64,000 bases of DNA from Patescibacteria group bacterium (GTDB taxonomy: Bacteria > Patescibacteriota > Microgenomatia > UBA8517), in NCBI GenBank assembly GCA_038062915.1, contig JBBTWD010000016.1, positions 27,522 through 91,521 on the forward strand, in the 5' to 3' direction. Below are positions 59,588 through 64,000 of the stretch, in pieces. Position 1 is the first letter of the stretch; each line of letters opens with the position of its first letter. Made by a program: the position numbers and the translations under genes. The notes below the pieces were generated by a model that was not told the DNA's origin, did no database searches, and saw nothing but the letters and a program-made list of their open reading frames with translations.

Positions 59588-60338
59588 CGAAGAAATAAAA
59601 ATCATGGCCGAGGGTGGGGCTATACTTGCTCGTGTCAAAACCAAACTCGGCAATACCATAAAAGAAGGAGTAACTGCGATGGAAATTGAGAAATTGGCGA
59701 ATAAGCTGATTTCAGACGAAGGTGCCGAGGCTTCTTTCAAAAAGGTTCCGGGATATCATTGGGCAACGTGTATCAATGTTAATGAAGGTTTGGTCCATGG
59801 CATACCCAATCCAAGTGTCGTTTTTAAAAAAGGTGATTTAGTAAGCGTGGATGTTGGACTTTTTTTTAAAGGTTTTCATACTGATACCTCAATCTCGGTT
59901 GGAATCGATCTGTCAGATGATAGTAAAAAGTTTTTAGAGGTGGGCAAAAAGGCACTAAAAGAGGCAATTGCTAAAGCAAGAGTGGGTAATCATATTTATG
60001 ATATTTCAGAAAGGATAGAGAAAATAGTAACTGAAGCAGGGTATTGTCCTATTAGAGCTTTAGTGGGGCACGGAGTGGGAAGAGAGTTGCATGAAGAGCC
60101 ACAGATTCCATGTTTCCTGCCTGCCGGCAGGCATGGCCTGCCTGGTAAGATCGAAGAAAGTCCAGAGATTGTTGAGGGGATGATTTTAGCTATTGAGGTC
60201 ATGTATGCTTTGGGAAGCGATAAAGTACATATTTTAGAAGACGGGTGGACAATAGCCATGCGTGATGATAAAATATCAGCACTTTTCGAGGAGACTGTCG
60301 CTGTTACCCTAAAGGGTCCTAAAGTATTGACGGTCTAG
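59568..60338 (+). CDS. map: Methionine aminopeptidase type I
   Basis: VHGIP, DVG..FHTD, GHGVG..LHEEP, AIE. Confidence 0.95.
   Translation: MISIKTDEEIKIMAEGGAILARVKTKLGNTIKEGVTAMEIEKLANKLISDEGAEASFKKVPGYHWATCINVNEGLVHGIPNPSVVFKKGDLVSVDVGLFFKGFHTDTSISVGIDLSDDSKKFLEVGKKALKEAIAKARVGNHIYDISERIEKIVTEAGYCPIRALVGHGVGRELHEEPQIPCFLPAGRHGLPGKIEESPEIVEGMILAIEVMYALGSDKVHILEDGWTIAMRDDKISALFEETVAVTLKGPKVLTV
60115..60139 (-). repeat. Palindromic micro-element, family A, in frame in map (adds PAGRHGL)
   Basis: tcctgcctgccggcaggcatggcct = reverse complement of the pnp copy with 1 mismatch. Confidence 0.88.
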
Positions 60339-60352
60339 TCGCCGTTTTTTGT

Positions 60353-60568
60353 ATGAAGCAAAATATTGTTACAGAGATTGACGGGGTTATTACCCAGGCA
60401 TTACCTAACACAATGTTTAGAGTGGAACTGACTGACGGTAGATTAATCTTAGCTACTCTTAAAGGTAAGATGAGAAAGGCTTATGTTAGGATTTTTCCAG
60501 GAGATAAAATCAAGATCGAAATGACACCGTACGACGAAGATAGAGGAAGAATAGTATTTAAGTATTAA
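60353..60568 (+). CDS. infA: Translation initiation factor IF-1
   Basis: ALPNTMFRVEL, GKMR, TPYD..RGRI. Confidence 0.96.
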   Translation: MKQNIVTEIDGVITQALPNTMFRVELTDGRLILATLKGKMRKAYVRIFPGDKIKIEMTPYDEDRGRIVFKY

Positions 60569-60619
60569 AATGAATTATAAGCATAGCTTAGCAAAATATT
60601 ATTATAAGAAAGGAATTTT

Positions 60620-60733
60620 GTGAAAGTTTCAAGTTCAATAAAACCAAGGTGTAAAGACTGTAAATATGTCAAAAGAGGTGGGGTTTTATATATCATTTGT
60701 AGAAACCCCAGGCATAAACAGCGTCAAGGATAA
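60620..60733 (+). CDS. rpmJ: 50S ribosomal protein L36
   Basis: Manual translation (GTG start) [37 protein letters not shown]. Confidence 0.95.
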   Translation: MKVSSSIKPRCKDCKYVKRGGVLYIICRNPRHKQRQG

Positions 60734-60741
60734 TTTAAATT

Positions 60742-61155
60742 ATGTCAAGAATTGTAGGAGTTGAATTACAAGATAATTGGAAAGTAGATTTTGCTCTAAC
60801 GAGAATTAAGGGTATTGGTTGGAGCTTGGCTAAAAAACTGATAGAAGAAGCCAAGATTGATAGCAGTAAGAGGGTTTCTGATTTAACTGCAGATGATGTC
60901 GCTAAGATTTCTAGCTTACTTGAAAAGCATCCAACAGAGGGAGAGCTTTTTAGAGTAGTTAGGGGGAACATTCAAAGACTTCAAGCGATTGGATCATATA
61001 GGGGTTTGAGGCACACAAAGAATCTGCCAGCACGAGGACAAAGGACTAAAACAAATGCGCGCACAAAAAGGGGTAAAAGAAAGACAGTAGGAGCGTTCAA
61101 AAAAGAAGTTTTAAGTAAGATGCAGACGGGAGAGAAAACAGATGCTAAAAAGTAA
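60742..61155 (+). CDS. rpsM: 30S ribosomal protein S13
   Basis: GSYRGLRH, RGQRTKTNARTK. Confidence 0.97.
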   Translation: MSRIVGVELQDNWKVDFALTRIKGIGWSLAKKLIEEAKIDSSKRVSDLTADDVAKISSLLEKHPTEGELFRVVRGNIQRLQAIGSYRGLRHTKNLPARGQRTKTNARTKRGKRKTVGAFKKEVLSKMQTGEKTDAKK

Positions 61156-61528
61156 GACAAAAAATACAATCAAAAAAGAAGTTAGTCTTGCAAAAGTTTA
61201 TATTGCCGCATCTTTTAACAATACTCTTATAACCGTAGTAGATGAGTTGGGTAATACTCTAGCTTGGGGATCGTCAGGGGCGTCTGGGTTTAAAGGAACC
61301 AGGAAGGCTACCCCATATGCGGCAACCACAGCAGTTGAGACAACAATCAAAAAAGTGATTAATGAAATTGGGGTAAAGGAAGTTGAGATTTATGTTAAAG
61401 GGCCAGGATCGGGTAGAGATGCCGCGCTTCGAGCTATCAGGTCATCTGGAGTCACAATCTCGCTTATTGCTGATGTTACACCTGTTCCACATAATGGCCC
61501 AAGGCCAAAAAAGAAAAGGAGAGCATAA
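61142..61528 (+). CDS. rpsK: 30S ribosomal protein S11
   Basis: SFNNT, KGPGSGR, DVTPVPHNG. Confidence 0.97.
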   Translation: MLKSKTKNTIKKEVSLAKVYIAASFNNTLITVVDELGNTLAWGSSGASGFKGTRKATPYAATTAVETTIKKVINEIGVKEVEIYVKGPGSGRDAALRAIRSSGVTISLIADVTPVPHNGPRPKKKRRA

Positions 61529-61553
61529 GCGAAGCTTAAGACTTTGTCAAAAA

Positions 61554-62150
61554 ATGAGATACACAGGACCAAAAGATAGATTAAGTCGACGAGAAGGAGT
61601 TGATTTATTTGGTCGTGGATCAAAATTGACCCGTCTTAATATTCCACCTGGGGTTCATGGCCCTAAAGGTACCCGTGGATCTTCCCAGTATGGTCGCCAG
61701 TTAAGGGAAAAACAGAAGGTTAAAAGAATCTATGGAGTAATGGAGGCGCAATTTAGAAGATATATAGATTCAGCTTTTAAGGTAAAGGGGAATACGGGAG
61801 AGGCTATTCTTTCAAGTTTAGAAAGACGTCTTGACAATGTTGTTTATCGTCTCGGTTTTAGCCCAACAAGAGCATCGGCAAGACAGATTGTTTCTCACGG
61901 ACACGCTGTGGTAAATGGGAAAAAAGTGAACATACCATCGTATCAGGTGAATATTTCTGATACAATCTCCATTGATTCTAAAGCTTTATCAGTTCCTGAA
62001 GTCAAGAAAAGTTTGGAAGATAAGGACATAAAGATTCCAGAATGGTTGGAAAAAAAGGCTGCAGTTGGTAAGATTAAGCGCTTGCCTAGGCGTGAAGATG
62101 TGTCAGAACCAGTTAGTGAACAAGATATAGTTGAGTTTTACAGCAGATAG
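61554..62150 (+). CDS. rpsD: 30S ribosomal protein S4
   Basis: MRYTGPK, QLREKQK, LERRLDNVVYR; ATG 61554. Confidence 0.97.
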   Translation: MRYTGPKDRLSRREGVDLFGRGSKLTRLNIPPGVHGPKGTRGSSQYGRQLREKQKVKRIYGVMEAQFRRYIDSAFKVKGNTGEAILSSLERRLDNVVYRLGFSPTRASARQIVSHGHAVVNGKKVNIPSYQVNISDTISIDSKALSVPEVKKSLEDKDIKIPEWLEKKAAVGKIKRLPRREDVSEPVSEQDIVEFYSR

Positions 62151-62165
62151 TTATAAAATACCCGA

Positions 62166-63083
62166 ATGCACGACCCAATGTTCGAAATTAAAGAAGAAAC
62201 CTTGAAGGGCGGATATGGAAAATTTGTCATTTCCCCACTCGCTCAAGGTTATGGGCTTACGTTGGGTAACTCTTTAAGACGAGTTCTTTTAACCTCTTTA
62301 CCTGGACTAGCGGTTACTTCAGTCAAAATCAACGGAGTGAAGCATCAATTCTCAAGCCTCGTGGGTATGAAAGAGGATGTGGTTGAATTTATTTTAAACT
62401 TAAAAAAAGTTAGATTTTCTTCCCAAACAGATGGCCCCATAAAGGCAAGTCTGGATGTAAGTAAAGCGGGACAAGTTACTGCGGGTGACATTAAAGTTGG
62501 GGCGGGAACTAAGGTCATAAACCCAGATTTAATTTTGTCTACCCTAAATAAAGGCATCAAACTTTCTGCCGAAATCACAATCGAAATTGGAGTAGGTTAT
62601 TCACCAGCAGAGGAAAGGTCAGTTAGCGTTGTAGGATTAATCCCAGTTGATGCATCTTTCTCACCGGTTAAAAGAGTTAGTTATAAAATTGAGGAAACTC
62701 GTGTCGGGCGGCTTACTAATTATGACAAACTAATTTTAGAACTTTGGACCGATGAGGCTTCCTCGCCCAAAGAGGCAATGGTTACAGCTTCAAAGATTTT
62801 AGTTTCTTACTTTAGTCAGATAGTAAACCCAAAGAAGGTCGACAAGCCAAAAGCAGTTAAAGAAACTGATTTGGGACCCGTTGGAAAGCTTTCGGTTGAG
62901 GAAATAGGGCTCCCCACAAGAGTAGCTAATGCATTAATTAAAGCGGGATATGAAACAGTTGAGGGCGTTGTTAATGCTAAAAAGGCCGATTTGGTCAAAG
63001 TAAGAAACTTGGGTGAAAAATCATTAAAGATTGTAGCTGCTGCACTGGGACAAAAAGGAGTAGAGTTTCTCCAACATGAATAA
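62166..63083 (+). CDS. rpoA: RNA polymerase alpha subunit
   Basis: TLGNSLRRVLL, PVDASFSPV, RNLGEKS. Confidence 0.97.
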   Translation: MHDPMFEIKEETLKGGYGKFVISPLAQGYGLTLGNSLRRVLLTSLPGLAVTSVKINGVKHQFSSLVGMKEDVVEFILNLKKVRFSSQTDGPIKASLDVSKAGQVTAGDIKVGAGTKVINPDLILSTLNKGIKLSAEITIEIGVGYSPAEERSVSVVGLIPVDASFSPVKRVSYKIEETRVGRLTNYDKLILELWTDEASSPKEAMVTASKILVSYFSQIVNPKKVDKPKAVKETDLGPVGKLSVEEIGLPTRVANALIKAGYETVEGVVNAKKADLVKVRNLGEKSLKIVAAALGQKGVEFLQHE

Positions 63084-63453
63084 AAGGGTTTATGGCAAAA
63101 AACTTTCAAGAAGTAGACCTGCCAGGGAAGCGCTTTTTGCTTCCCTCATTAGTTCTCTGATAATTAGGGGGAAAATAACAACTACAAAAGCGAAAGTTCA
63201 AGCTATTAAAGGCCAAATTGGGAAATATTTGAGTTTAGCCAAAAAGGGAACTCTGGACGGCCGGCGCCGAGTTTTAGCCGACCTAGATAATAGCAAGGAA
63301 CCAGTAAAGGTCTTGTTTTCCAAAAAATTTAAACATTTGAAAATTATAAATTTACCAGCTAGAAAAGGAGACAATGCTTCCATGGCAAGAATTGAATTAG
63401 TAGAAGAAGAAACAAAAAATGAAAACCTACCAACCAAAAGCAAAAGAAGTTAA
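63076..63453 (+). CDS. rplQ: 50S ribosomal protein L17
   Basis: KKLSR, ITTTKAK, RKGDNASMARIELV. Confidence 0.93.
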   Translation: MNKRVYGKKLSRSRPAREALFASLISSLIIRGKITTTKAKVQAIKGQIGKYLSLAKKGTLDGRRRVLADLDNSKEPVKVLFSKKFKHLKIINLPARKGDNASMARIELVEEETKNENLPTKSKRS

Positions 63454-63829
63454 AAGAAATTGGCATTTAATTGACGCAAAAGGCCAAGTATTAGGTAGAC
63501 TTTCCACTAAAATATCTGGGCTTTTGATGGGTAAAGGTAAAACCAATTATTCGACCCATATGGACATGGGCGACTTTGTTGTTGTTTTAAATTCAGAGAA
63601 TATAGAGGTTACAGGAAAGAAAAGTTCACAAAAAGTCTATAGAAGGCATTCTGGGTATCCTAACGGACTTAAAGAAGAATCATATAAAAAAATCTTAGAA
63701 AATCATCCAGAGCGAATAATTACACATGCAGTTAACGGAATGCTCCCAGATAATCGCTTAAAAAATGAAAGATTAAAGAGGTTAAAGGTTGTTATCGGAA
63801 GTAAAAATCCATATGAAAGTAAATTCTAA
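63419..63829 (+). CDS. rplM: 50S ribosomal protein L13
   Basis: WHLIDAKGQVLGRL, HSGYPNGL, GMLP. Confidence 0.97.
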   Translation: MKTYQPKAKEVKRNWHLIDAKGQVLGRLSTKISGLLMGKGKTNYSTHMDMGDFVVVLNSENIEVTGKKSSQKVYRRHSGYPNGLKEESYKKILENHPERIITHAVNGMLPDNRLKNERLKRLKVVIGSKNPYESKF

Positions 63830-64000
63830 GAACTATACATACGCAATAGGAAGAAGAAAAGAGTCTAGTGCTCGAGTTAGGCTTTTTAAAGGTAAAGGAG
63901 AAAATCAAATTAATTCTAAACCTGCTAATGAGTACTTTCAACAAGAAGTGGCCAAAAAAGTTTTAGGTAAACCTTTTGAGGTTACAGAAACTTCTGATAA
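63813..64000 (+). CDS. rpsI: 30S ribosomal protein S9, 5' part (runs off window end)
   Basis: MKVNSKNYTYAIGRRKESSARVRL. Confidence 0.93.
   Translation, partial: MKVNSKNYTYAIGRRKESSARVRLFKGKGENQINSKPANEYFQQEVAKKVLGKPFEVTETSD

Noticed and set aside
11362-63443. Numerous 60-205 aa ORFs antisense to or overlapping core genes (e.g. 20138..20755, 41914..42423, 47106..47630)
   Set aside because: Shadow frames of well-identified genes with no recognisable motifs
1-64000. tRNA, rRNA, transposase or integrase genes
   Set aside because: No cloverleaf or rRNA-like segments in the short intergenic gaps and no DDE, tyrosine/serine recombinase or HUH motifs recognised by eye

Overview
AT-rich (visually), gene-dense core-genome segment of a CPR/Patescibacteria bacterium, probably Microgenomates (inferred from the missing rpmD/L30 and the trimmed IF2, GrpE, AlaRS and r-proteins). 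Order: three GT-C membrane glycosyltransferases; a minus-strand run rpsT-pilN-pilO-four surface proteins (two with LPxTG-like signals); murJ; CIRCE-hrcA-grpE-dnaK-[degraded cargo, hicBA]-dnaJ; nusA-infB-DHH-like-rpsO-pnp; fic, def, Lon-AAA-only, phosphoesterase, UDG, RNase J, ftsK, rodZ-like; alaS-(FtsA/baseplate-J-like)-sortase-yqgF-Zn ribbon-[four-helix-bundle pseudogene]-mltG; rpoBC; a str operon interrupted by a Phd/PIN TA pair and small ORFs; S10-spc-alpha superoperon through rplM-rpsI. No rRNA, tRNA, CRISPR array or transposase seen. Most notable signals: (1) a 21-nt palindromic micro-element inserted in frame, in opposite orientations, in pnp and map, plus a second palindrome family inside genes; (2) a four-helix-bundle pseudogene bracketed by inverted heptamer arrays, with related arrays elsewhere; (3) a duplicated, synonymously diverged dnaJ 5' end flanking a hicBA cassette; (4) EF-G with NKxN in place of NKxD; (5) a candidate sortase/O-glycosylation surface-protein system; (6) widespread leaderless-type promoters and an attenuator-like rplC leader. 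All motifs were read by eye; no searches were run.
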